NCBI GenBank assembly: GCA_937625935.1
Contig: OW569370.1
Span: 124,001 to 188,000, forward strand
Source of the DNA: Tetramitus jugosus
Lineage: Eukaryota; Protista; Heterolobosea
Length of the DNA: 64,000 bases
Direction: 5' to 3'
In this document: one piece after another, positions 22,976-32,265 of the stretch
How the letters are laid out: each line of letters begins with the position of its first letter
Numbering within the stretch: position 1 is the stretch's first letter
Program-made: the position numbers and the translations under genes
Notes under the pieces: model-generated
Told to the model about the DNA's origin: nothing
Database searches by the model: none
The model's input: the letters and a program-made list of their open reading frames with translations, nothing else

Positions 22976-23048
22976 TCCTCCATGGCTCAGTTGGTAGAGC
23001 GTCAGGCTGTTAACCTGCAGGTCGTTGGTTCGAGCCCAACTGGAGGAG
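22976..23048 (+). tRNA. tRNA-Asn (GTT)
   Basis: Acceptor stem TCCTCCA/TGGAGGA, A box TGGCTCAGTTGG, anticodon loop CT-GTT-AA, T arm GTTGG-TTCGAGC-CCAAC, and downstream T runs. Confidence 0.96.
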
Positions 23049-23120
23049 CAACCCTTTTGCTCTTTTTCGACTCGAGGTTCCGATTCCCTTGTGGCTTGCC
23101 ACATTGACCAACAAAACAAA

Positions 23121-23861
23121 ATGAAGTGCTTTCTTGTTGCCCAATTATTGCTTTTGTGTGCCCTTGTGTTGGTGGGAGCTCAACAGCCGCTGAGGAGAAA
23201 CTTCTTTGCCAATTTTCATGCCAAGATCACTCAAGTTTCATTCAATGGTGAATCGTACACAATTGGCCAAGGATCCATGTACAGTGATGCCAACAACCAG
23301 CAACTGAGAATGGAGTTCATGTACTCTTCATCAGGTAACAACAGTGGTAGTTCATCTGCACATCTTAGAACTGTAACACCCGATCCTAATGCCTACTCTT
23401 TGGTCATCATCTCTCAATACAAGGTACCGATTCTGTTCGTGCTGGGGCGAAACCAGATCACTGGAAAATTGTCATGCCAGACCATGAATCAATTAGAACC
23501 TGGTGGTAATCCATTTACCGAAGATGCATTTATCAATGCTAAACTGATTGGCAGTACCATGTACAATGGCCATGTTGTGACCTCGTATGACAATGTTTGT
23601 TCGAATCTGATCGGGACCGTATGGAAGAATCAGACATACTTTGAAGATGCTTTTACAGGGTTACCAGTTGCTATTCAATCTGATGGAGATGTTCTTGAAT
23701 ACAGATTCAATGAATTTGTTAGCCTGGAACAACCACGATCTGATCTCTTCATCGTTCCAAGTGACATCAAAGCTCTATGTCGTCCAATGCACATGGAAAA
23801 ACAGATTCAACCACAACCATTGAAACAACTGACAAGGTCTTTGTTTGGATTTAGAGAATAA
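23121..23861 (+). CDS. Secreted/lysosomal protein, possibly ependymin-related (LolA-like fold)
   Basis: Signal peptide MKCFLVAQLLLLCALVLVGA, beta-rich body and a C-terminal P..DLF.VP....C motif. Confidence 0.6.
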   Translation: MKCFLVAQLLLLCALVLVGAQQPLRRNFFANFHAKITQVSFNGESYTIGQGSMYSDANNQQLRMEFMYSSSGNNSGSSSAHLRTVTPDPNAYSLVIISQYKVPILFVLGRNQITGKLSCQTMNQLEPGGNPFTEDAFINAKLIGSTMYNGHVVTSYDNVCSNLIGTVWKNQTYFEDAFTGLPVAIQSDGDVLEYRFNEFVSLEQPRSDLFIVPSDIKALCRPMHMEKQIQPQPLKQLTRSLFGFRE

Positions 23862-24158
23862 ATGTCGGTTCAGGAGAGTTCATTCGTGTTGCTGGTTTCG
23901 ATTCTTCAGATGTTACATTCTTAGAGTTGTGATAACTCGACTATTGACTTTGAGGAAGCCGTGAGTTGTAAAACAACCGTTTGATCAAATAATAATGTCG
24001 ATAAAATTCCCAGTTGGTGCTTGTAATTTAACCTCCTTCAAAATTGTTCAGATCTTCTAATTTCGTGATTGACCACAGGAGGTATAAAAGTTGGCTTGTT
24101 TCCTGTATTCATTGCTTTCTCTCAGAACAACCAACGAACACATACCAATAACAAGACC

Positions 24159-24338
24159 ATGTCTGACAAATCATCTGATTCCGCCAAGTCCTCATACGAT
24201 AGCAGATCTAACGCTATGAATCCCAACTCAAGCTCCTATAACCCCACTTCAGCTTCATCAAAGGGAGGTGCAACCTCAAAGCAAAGCTCAAAAACTGCTG
24301 CGTCCCATCAACAAACCTTTTCAGGAGGAAACAAGTGA
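24159..24338 (+). CDS. Small Ser-rich hydrophilic protein (59 aa)
   Basis: TATAAAAG at about 24083, ATG after an A/C-rich leader, and a DSRSNAMNPNSSSY motif. Confidence 0.5.
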   Translation: MSDKSSDSAKSSYDSRSNAMNPNSSSYNPTSASSKGGATSKQSSKTAASHQQTFSGGNK

Positions 24339-24426
24339 AATTGAAAGAAAGATACAGAAAAAACTTGGGGAGAGTAAAATTGTAAATAAACTATCCATTA
24401 CTTTCTCCACGCAACTTCAAGCTAAA

Positions 24427-24546
24427 AGCCTACATCACAGAGGGTTCTCGAGTAGTCTCCTATCTCAATACTAACTCTGCCAGATGGCGCTTAACTGCTC
24501 TTTTCGAAATGGGAAGAGGTGGTTCCGCCATTGTATGAACGTAGAC
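24427..24546 (-). rRNA. 5S rRNA (single dispersed copy)
   Basis: Minus strand GTCTACGTTCATACAATGGCG...AGTTAAGCGCCAT...GTTAGTA...GGAGAC...GTGATGTAGGC-TTTT. Helix I (GTCTAC/GTAGGC), helix II (ATGGCG/CGCCAT) and helix III (CTCTT/AAGAG) pair. About 120 nt with a Pol III T4 terminator. Confidence 0.93.
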
Positions 24547-24683
24547 GTCATCCTCCAAAATTCACAATATTTGCGCGAGCTAGCCAACTCTTATGGATAA
24601 AAAATAGCGCTCTTTCTGTGTTTATTGAATTGTTAGGAAATACAATGGAAGGAATAAAGTTCAACAACGACAACAACAACAAA

Positions 24684-25424
24684 TTAGAACAAGCTAACAA
24701 TCAATTTCGATTGCTGAGCATGCTTAAACTCTTCAAAGTCAATCTTGCCATCATTGTTCTCATCTGCTGCTCTAAACCGCAAGAGAACTTCTCTCTTTAA
24801 GCTTTCTTCATTGATTTCCTCACCCTTCACTCTCAACACGTACTCTTGTATCGCATACACCTCATCCACCGATATATAACCATTGTGATCATCATCATAC
24901 AATGAAAACATCATTTTCATTCGATCTTCCTCACTAGCTTGTCTAAACATTGGCAACACACCTACAAAAAATTCCCTAGAATCAATCGTGTTATCCCCAT
25001 TGACATCCATTCGAACAAAAAGATCCTTTTGAACCACTGGGTCCGTGATGTTGAAAATCGTAGCGAGCGCAGAATTAAATTGCGCGAAATCCATTTTTTT
25101 GTCGGCCAAATTATTTTTCCACCATTCCGCGAGTTGGGCAAAATCGTTCCAAGAGACCCTTGAACCGTTATTCTCAGAGAGTTCATCATTAGATGAATGA
25201 TTCACCAGACTTAGTCGTTTCACTCGTCTGGTCAGGTCAATTTCAGCGGATGACGGTGGCCGAAGACTCGGCGTCGATTCTATCGAAGTGTTGTTGTTGC
25301 TATTGTTGTTGTTGTTGTTGGTTGAGTGTTCGTTCGTTTGGTGAGTTGGTGAGGATGAGTCGTTATCATCGATGTTGTTGATATTGTCTGCTGAATAGTC
25401 GGTGTTGTGATGGGGTATCATCAT
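24684..25424 (-). CDS. EF-hand Ca2+ sensor (calcineurin-B/NCS-like)
   Basis: EF loops DVNGDNTIDSREF, DDDHNGYISVDEV and DENNDGKIDFEEF. Confidence 0.9.
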   Translation of the reverse strand: MMIPHHNTDYSADNINNIDDNDSSSPTHQTNEHSTNNNNNNSNNNTSIESTPSLRPPSSAEIDLTRRVKRLSLVNHSSNDELSENNGSRVSWNDFAQLAEWWKNNLADKKMDFAQFNSALATIFNITDPVVQKDLFVRMDVNGDNTIDSREFFVGVLPMFRQASEEDRMKMMFSLYDDDHNGYISVDEVYAIQEYVLRVKGEEINEESLKREVLLRFRAADENNDGKIDFEEFKHAQQSKLIVSLF

Positions 25425-25600
25425 TTCATTTCGTGTTTGATTTGTGCTCGTGCTTTTTCACAAAAAAGAGTTTTGTGAGACGGTTACAAAAAAAGGGTTA
25501 AATTTCCTCCTCCGATTATTATTTCTGCGGTTCTCTACAGGAAGTTCATTTCTGCGCCTTTTCAGAGTTTTTTGTGAGATAATCGTTATCGAGAGGAGTG

Positions 25601-27946
25601 ATGAATACTTCTCGAATATCTCCTTCAAAGTACATTGGCTCGAATCATCTCAGTCCAAAGAAAATTACTGAAAGAAATCGACAGGCAAAGGTCTTTTCCT
25701 GGCCCGAACTCATAGCATTGGACGACGAGATGCAAGTGAGAGAGATCCTTTGTTCCAGTTTGGCGAAGTTCTTTACTCTTCCAAATTCAACGATCGTGCG
25801 TTGGACAATGGGAATATTGGATGATGTTCAACAACGATTTCGAGACGAGGAAAACTTCAATCGCAGTGTGATGAGACGGAGAATGTTGATAAACGAGTGT
25901 CACGTCCATGAAATAATGGCGAAAGCAATGATACATTCGTATGCTCTCGAAGTATATGCAGTTGAAAAGCAACGAGTAGCCCTCAATAGACTAGAACTGG
26001 AACAAGTGAGGCAGTTGTCGAACAAAACAAAAGGTGGTTCCATTCAGCTCTATCCATACTATGCAACAGAAATAGTGATCAATCTAATAGGGAAAGGGCC
26101 AGAGGAGGAAGTGGATGAGCATATTCGGCAATTGGTGGATAAGTTCAGCTTGCTAGATACTATTCTCAATGGAATTCGATATGGTATTTTCACTTTCAAG
26201 TTTTGTTGTTTGCGATTACTCAAGCTACTCCTCGTGAAGTCCGAATATGTTCGAGAATTAATGCAAGACACTGCTTATCGAGATATCTATGTACCAGCAC
26301 TCGTCGGAGTCATGAAAAGTGATGGCTCAATGCTCTTGGATGAGCTGAAAGCTTCTCGAGGTCTTCATCAGAGCCAAATTTTGTCACCCAATAATTCAAT
26401 CACTAACTCTCAATCGATTCGACTGGTAGGAATATTGGCTGAAAACTCATCACTTCTCTTGTTCAATATCATGGTACTAAACTCTGATAGGAGGGCAGAA
26501 TTACTCGCAATTCCATCTATGATCGAAGCGATTGTTAATCTGTCAGGCAAGTTTCCTCATGAAGGATATCCAGAGAGTGAAATTCAACTTTCTTCGTGTA
26601 ATATTTTGTACTTCTTGTGCGGTTGTGCGAAAGCAGAGAAAGAGGAAGATATCGTCGAGTACCGACAGTTGATTGAACCTCTTGAATCCAATCACAGCAC
26701 CCTGCGTAAAATAGTCTTCATCCTGCAGGCAATGAAGAGTGTCATAGATCTTCCATCATGGGTTAATAGAAGAATACTTAAGTCGGAATATAGAGGGACA
26801 ACCCTTGAACAACTCTCCTCTCAACTTTCGAACAACTTTAGAAGAGCAGAGATCGCTATACTCAATGTTATTGCAGATATTTCTACGATACCAGAAATCG
26901 CATCTGAACTACTGTCTATTCAGAATAGAATGATAACAACCTTACTTCGATTGAGGAAATCAGGTCCTGTGGCAAAGGATCTTCGAATGTTTCTTTTATG
27001 TAGGGATGTTGATCAACTTATAGCTATTATCCAACCGAACGACTACAGCGCCCTCTCGATCGCAATGAAGAATCTATATCTTCAATCAAACTTAAGAAAT
27101 TTTCCTGAGATTCTTGAGTTTCTAATCGACTCGTGCTCTTTTGTAAAGCAGAAGGCTTTACATTGTCTCAAGATGCAAGAGTATGATGTCTGTCATAAGC
27201 TTCTAACGATATGTTTAAGAATACTATGGAAAACTGAAGGTTTCCAGTCGATAGATATAGAAAACTTAAGGATTTCGATTTATGAGACAAGGAGTGAGAC
27301 GAACAAAGCATGGGGAGACCACGAGGCAGCGAAGATTGATAGCCTACATGCCTTCCACTATCGCTCAGTACAAGCCGAACGAATGTATAAGAAAATCGAG
27401 AGGTATACATCTCTTGAAGATTCAATACAAGAAGAAAGGAAATTCCAGATCAATAAGGAGATAAGGTGGAGGGAGATAGAATGTGAGCAGTGGGAGGACA
27501 AACAAAGAATTGAATCGCAAGAAGATATCATTCCTCCTTTGGAAGAGGCTCATAACTTTCAAGAAGAAAGTTTGAAGGGTGCAGTAAATGAGAGTGTCGA
27601 ACCGTCAATGAATAGTTCAGAACATGGCTTGGATCAGAACAAGAATCCATTCGGCAAGGTTGAAGAAGGATGGAGAGATAATTGTGTGCCAATCCAACAG
27701 GAAGAACAACAACTGGAAATTCAATCATCTAATGGTAAAAATGAAGCACCAAACGAAGAAATGGAATGTATCTCACTGGTCGAACTCGCTCCTCAATCAA
27801 AAGAAACTTTAATCGAAGAAACCTCCATCGTAGATGAATCACCAGAAGAGGACCCTCTTAAAGCTGCCATGAGAAAATGGGCTGAACTTCAGGCTCTCGA
27901 GGAGGAAGAAGAACAAGAATTCAAGATTTCCAAAGCTCTTTCGTAA
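25601..27946 (+). CDS. Helical (ARM-like) repeat protein with acidic tail
   Basis: Long Leu-rich helical ORF. Family not recognised. Confidence 0.65.
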   Translation: MNTSRISPSKYIGSNHLSPKKITERNRQAKVFSWPELIALDDEMQVREILCSSLAKFFTLPNSTIVRWTMGILDDVQQRFRDEENFNRSVMRRRMLINECHVHEIMAKAMIHSYALEVYAVEKQRVALNRLELEQVRQLSNKTKGGSIQLYPYYATEIVINLIGKGPEEEVDEHIRQLVDKFSLLDTILNGIRYGIFTFKFCCLRLLKLLLVKSEYVRELMQDTAYRDIYVPALVGVMKSDGSMLLDELKASRGLHQSQILSPNNSITNSQSIRLVGILAENSSLLLFNIMVLNSDRRAELLAIPSMIEAIVNLSGKFPHEGYPESEIQLSSCNILYFLCGCAKAEKEEDIVEYRQLIEPLESNHSTLRKIVFILQAMKSVIDLPSWVNRRILKSEYRGTTLEQLSSQLSNNFRRAEIAILNVIADISTIPEIASELLSIQNRMITTLLRLRKSGPVAKDLRMFLLCRDVDQLIAIIQPNDYSALSIAMKNLYLQSNLRNFPEILEFLIDSCSFVKQKALHCLKMQEYDVCHKLLTICLRILWKTEGFQSIDIENLRISIYETRSETNKAWGDHEAAKIDSLHAFHYRSVQAERMYKKIERYTSLEDSIQEERKFQINKEIRWREIECEQWEDKQRIESQEDIIPPLEEAHNFQEESLKGAVNESVEPSMNSSEHGLDQNKNPFGKVEEGWRDNCVPIQQEEQQLEIQSSNGKNEAPNEEMECISLVELAPQSKETLIEETSIVDESPEEDPLKAAMRKWAELQALEEEEEQEFKISKALS

Positions 27947-28056
27947 AACACCTGCTCGCTCCATGACCTGAAGGAACTTCCAATTCTGTGTTGAACCAAA
28001 TTGAGAAAAAAACAACCACAAGAAGAACAACAACTTCAAGCACAACACAATAAAAA

Positions 28057-29151
28057 ATGGTCGAACCACAACAACCCACCACCGCTGGACCAGTCCTACT
28101 ATCAACATCGGCCGACATTGAAAATCACCTGATCCATCACTACTTTCACTGTCATCACACCATTGATCTCTATCGTTCACTATTGAACATTGCACTGAAA
28201 CCAAATCAAATTTCTTCACTGCACCAATTCAATCTCAATCGACTCAGTCCCAAGAGATCACTACCTGATTCGACCACGGATCAAATGACAAATGAACTGG
28301 AACGAGCTCATCAATGTCTCTTGCATTCACTTTCATCTACTTCAACTTCAACTAGTAGTAGTCATAGTTACAGTAGTAGTAGTCATAGTAGTAGTAATAG
28401 TGTAAAACGGTTGAAATCAGTAGGAGGAGGATCAATGGATGTTGTTGTGCACCATCCGTTTCGTTGTCATGACGCTCACTTGTTAAAACTACAGAATTGG
28501 ATCATTGAATTTGCACTGGTTTACTTGTCAAAATCACCGCATCAACAAGTTTTTTACATGTCACCTGCACCAACGTCATCATCAAAAACGACACTGGAAC
28601 AATTGTCAAAGCTTTTATTGGATTTGGATGGTGAGTTGCACATGAAACAGACAAAATTAGAGGCACTGTGTCTCAATAATAGAGCTCTGAGATTGCACGA
28701 TGAAGGATTGTATGTGGATGCGATACGTGACTATACGAATGCCATTGACATTGATCAGACGTATGGCCTGGCGTTCTATAATCGAGCCATCTCATACAAG
28801 GCACAGGACAATACGAGAGCAGCCATGAAAGACTATAGTCGGTGTATAGAGTTGGACAGAGAGGATCCTGATTCGTACAATAATCGTGGCAGTATTTATT
28901 ATAGCTTGTGTGATTTTGGGAGGGCACGAGAGGATTTTACGAGTGCAATTGCGCTCAATCCAGCGTCACCCTATCCCTATTTCAATCGTTCGTTGTGCGA
29001 TAAGCAGTCGCATCGATTGTTGCATGCGTTGGTTGATTTGAGGCAGGCGACGAATCTGGATGATGGATATGCAAAGGATTTGCGTGAGCTGATTGATTTT
29101 ATCAAGAATCAGAACGCTGATCACTTGTTTGAAGAAGATATTCTATTTTGA
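28057..29151 (+). CDS. TPR repeat protein
   Basis: AIRDYTNAI...AFYNRA, DYSRCIELD...YNNRG and DFTSAIALNP...YFNR. Confidence 0.9.
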   Translation: MVEPQQPTTAGPVLLSTSADIENHLIHHYFHCHHTIDLYRSLLNIALKPNQISSLHQFNLNRLSPKRSLPDSTTDQMTNELERAHQCLLHSLSSTSTSTSSSHSYSSSSHSSSNSVKRLKSVGGGSMDVVVHHPFRCHDAHLLKLQNWIIEFALVYLSKSPHQQVFYMSPAPTSSSKTTLEQLSKLLLDLDGELHMKQTKLEALCLNNRALRLHDEGLYVDAIRDYTNAIDIDQTYGLAFYNRAISYKAQDNTRAAMKDYSRCIELDREDPDSYNNRGSIYYSLCDFGRAREDFTSAIALNPASPYPYFNRSLCDKQSHRLLHALVDLRQATNLDDGYAKDLRELIDFIKNQNADHLFEEDILF

Positions 29152-29273
29152 AACAAGCGAATACATGTGCAGTAAATAGTTGTAGAATTCCATAAGAATA
29201 ATGAATGGATTAACTTTTTGTTAGTTTCTCGTGTCTTAGACAATATATGGAGAATGATGTAAAAAAGAACTAT

Positions 29274-32090
29274 TCATTTTTTACTTGACTGCTTTTTCTT
29301 TTTCTGGTACATCTCAGCTACTTTGCTCCGCGAGTCAGTCGGGAGAGCCAAGAAGTTGGCTGTGTGCTGCAATTCCTCAAAATTGTCTCTCATGAATGGC
29401 ATGCAAACTCGCTTGAGAGCATTGTCATTGTATGCTTCAGCAATATCCATAACGGCACAAACATTGTCGAGAGTGAGGCATTGGCCAACAAGATTTCTGC
29501 AAGCATTTCCAATGTCAGGGAGTTGGAACAAACTGGAATAGATTAAACTACCAACTGCATTACTGAAGTTGAGATTAATCTTGTCAGTGTAGCAGTATCT
29601 TAGGATTTCGATCATCACATTACGATCATACTGTGGCAACTCAATCATCTCAGAGTAAGACTCCTGCATTCCACTGCCCAACATGTTCTTGAAGTATGCA
29701 GATCTACATAAAATAAACTTGTGTACGTGGATAAAGCAGCTGTCGTCAGCTCCATCACCCAATACCAGAACAAGATCTGATGAAGATTCAGGATTATTGA
29801 TCAAGGTTTCAAAATCCTTCTCCATTTGAGCGAGAACAGCTTCCGCTAATGTTAGTTTGATTTCGCTCGTTGGATTACAAAGTTCTTGAATGATTGGGTA
29901 GTGTGTATCTGGGCACCACTTTGCGCACAGATTTGCTAGAGCTTCGATGTTAGATACAGAGGATAGTGCTAACTCACCTGTATACAGATAATTTAAATAT
30001 GCTTTGAATACAGCTGAATTACACTCCTCAATATCCACAACCACCTTGGATGTTGCAGACAACACAGATCCCAAATCATCGGATTCACGTAGAATAATAT
30101 TCGTAGATTCGTTGATGAGATTGGTCAGAAACTGGCATCTGGCATATATGATTGCACGATGACCTTCAATCTCTTCAATTTCATCCGCATCACTTGAATC
30201 ATTGTTCAATGACTCACGTACGCGGAAGATGACATCTGTGAAGAAGGCATCTCGCTTGACGTTACCCAAATATTCACTGACTGAATAAGTGTGACCTGGA
30301 TCTTGAATATTAGACAGAACAGTAATATCACTCTTGACGGTTTGAGAGTGCTTTCCACCAAATCTCAACATTTGATAGCCAGAGGTCTCAACTTGGGCTC
30401 CATACACAGACACTTGCAAATTATCAGGACTAGAGTCCTTTCCACTTCCATGACCTCTCACCTTTACAATGCTCCATTGACGTGTTCCAGTATTGTAGGA
30501 ATAGATTGAGTTTGAGATGACTCCATCATCACGATGACCTCCATAAACCATAATTGTTTGTGTGGAGTAAACAAAACTACCAGCCAAAGATAATCCAGGC
30601 GGAACTGTGCCAACGATATCGATTTCGGTCCACGCCTTACGTGTGGAGTCAAAGTACCAGAGATCGTTGTAAATCTTATCACTACTACGACCACCAAACA
30701 CGAACAAATTACCACTTACAGCTACAGCTGCGTGGCCATGGCGAGGAGATGGCCAATTAGACTTTGAGGGAGTAAAAGTGACTGCTGAATAGACACCTGA
30801 CTCGCCACCGCTCTCTGTTTTAATTTCAGTTGGATCAAAGGAAATTAAATGGAGAGTGTTTGAACCGATGGTCGAACCATGAGCACAACCTCCAAATACT
30901 AGGATATTATGTACGCCATTCTGACCAGCGCCCAATAGGGTGGCACTAAAGTGTGACTTTGGAGGAATTCGATCAGCGACAGTTCTAGGAACAGGGTGTC
31001 CCCAGCGAACGGTTGGTTCATTTCGGTGAGTTCTTACAGTGAATCTAGCACCACAACTAATGTTCTTTGGGGTATTGACATCCTGAATAAAGAAGAGTCC
31101 CATAAATGAATATCTTGGGCCCAAACTGGACCATCTATACTCGCTTCCTCTTCTATCATATCCGATAACCAATAAACTGTCGGAACCACCCTTGGATACT
31201 GGAATCAGCTGATGTCCATCCATGTGTGGAATATTGATCCGGAAGTTATGGTGATCCTGTATTCCATGATAGTGAGTCAACTGTTGAGTGGTGAGATCAT
31301 AGGAATAGAAATCATTCAACACTGCTTTTCCATTGTTTCCTCCGTGAACCCAAACCTTATTCTTCATGGTACAGGATGCGGCATGCACTCTCTTTAGACA
31401 GGTTTGAGCCATCGGATGATCACCTGGAAACTCGAAAGTTTTGAACTTTGACACATGGGTACCATGAGTGTCATACACATGGTCCATAAACTCAAAATTG
31501 TTCAATCGTCTCTGATTCTTCCTTTCTCTTTCATCATTGACCGACATTTGATTGATCTTGGGGTACAATTCACTCCACCTCTCATTAATCGTGACAATTT
31601 TGACCTTTGAAATATTGACTTGATCAAAGTACATAACCACAGACTCACGAATAGGCAACGAGAAATCAATCTTGTCCAATGTTTTCATCTTTTTGCTCAA
31701 TCGAAGCCTTTCCTCTTCTGTCAACAACAAATTATCATAGTATTCCTTCTCTTTGATATCCACATACTTGACATTTGCTCTGTTGTCCTCCTTCTCCACA
31801 TCATCCAACGTGAACTTTTTTTGCTTTGCAACAGCTGTAGACGAATTTTTGGCGCCAGTATTTTTTGGCTTAGCGGCGCTTTTTTTGGCGGCTTGTTTTT
31901 TCTGCGCTGTGCTCATGATGGGAAGAGCAACTGCCGTTTTTTGTTCTTCTTCAACGTCGTCTCCTTCCTCATCATAATCATCTTCACCATCTTCACCATA
32001 GTACTGGTCATCTTCGTCCTCATAGTATTCTTCTTCATCACTGTAGTCACTGAACTCGTCAGGATCAATTTCTTTGAGAAGACGACTCAT
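29274..32090 (-). CDS. Kelch-repeat + tandem BTB/BACK protein (LZTR1-like architecture)
   Basis: Kelch GG motifs (WVHGG, LVFGG, PSPRHGH..FVFGG). BTB motifs FTDVIF..HRAIIYARC and SDLVL..VHKFILCRSAYF. Confidence 0.9.
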   Translation of the reverse strand: MSRLLKEIDPDEFSDYSDEEEYYEDEDDQYYGEDGEDDYDEEGDDVEEEQKTAVALPIMSTAQKKQAAKKSAAKPKNTGAKNSSTAVAKQKKFTLDDVEKEDNRANVKYVDIKEKEYYDNLLLTEEERLRLSKKMKTLDKIDFSLPIRESVVMYFDQVNISKVKIVTINERWSELYPKINQMSVNDERERKNQRRLNNFEFMDHVYDTHGTHVSKFKTFEFPGDHPMAQTCLKRVHAASCTMKNKVWVHGGNNGKAVLNDFYSYDLTTQQLTHYHGIQDHHNFRINIPHMDGHQLIPVSKGGSDSLLVIGYDRRGSEYRWSSLGPRYSFMGLFFIQDVNTPKNISCGARFTVRTHRNEPTVRWGHPVPRTVADRIPPKSHFSATLLGAGQNGVHNILVFGGCAHGSTIGSNTLHLISFDPTEIKTESGGESGVYSAVTFTPSKSNWPSPRHGHAAVAVSGNLFVFGGRSSDKIYNDLWYFDSTRKAWTEIDIVGTVPPGLSLAGSFVYSTQTIMVYGGHRDDGVISNSIYSYNTGTRQWSIVKVRGHGSGKDSSPDNLQVSVYGAQVETSGYQMLRFGGKHSQTVKSDITVLSNIQDPGHTYSVSEYLGNVKRDAFFTDVIFRVRESLNNDSSDADEIEEIEGHRAIIYARCQFLTNLINESTNIILRESDDLGSVLSATSKVVVDIEECNSAVFKAYLNYLYTGELALSSVSNIEALANLCAKWCPDTHYPIIQELCNPTSEIKLTLAEAVLAQMEKDFETLINNPESSSDLVLVLGDGADDSCFIHVHKFILCRSAYFKNMLGSGMQESYSEMIELPQYDRNVMIEILRYCYTDKINLNFSNAVGSLIYSSLFQLPDIGNACRNLVGQCLTLDNVCAVMDIAEAYNDNALKRVCMPFMRDNFEELQHTANFLALPTDSRSKVAEMYQKKKKQSSKK

Positions 32091-32265
32091 GGATGGGTAA
32101 TTGGTATGTTGTTGTTGTTTGTTGTGTCAGGATGTGAGTTTGTGCTTTGTTGTGTGGAAAAAAAAGCACTTTTGAAGTTTCATGCAGAGTTCTGCTTCAA
32201 AAGTTCTTTGTCGGGAAAAAGTGTAGTTGTATTTTTAACTGAAAGATCCGCTGGAAGCTCCAAAC

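Noticed and set aside
23025-23120. ORF-track N-terminal extension overlapping tRNA-Asn
   Set aside because: It starts at a non-ATG codon inside the tRNA. The signal peptide begins at ATG 23121.
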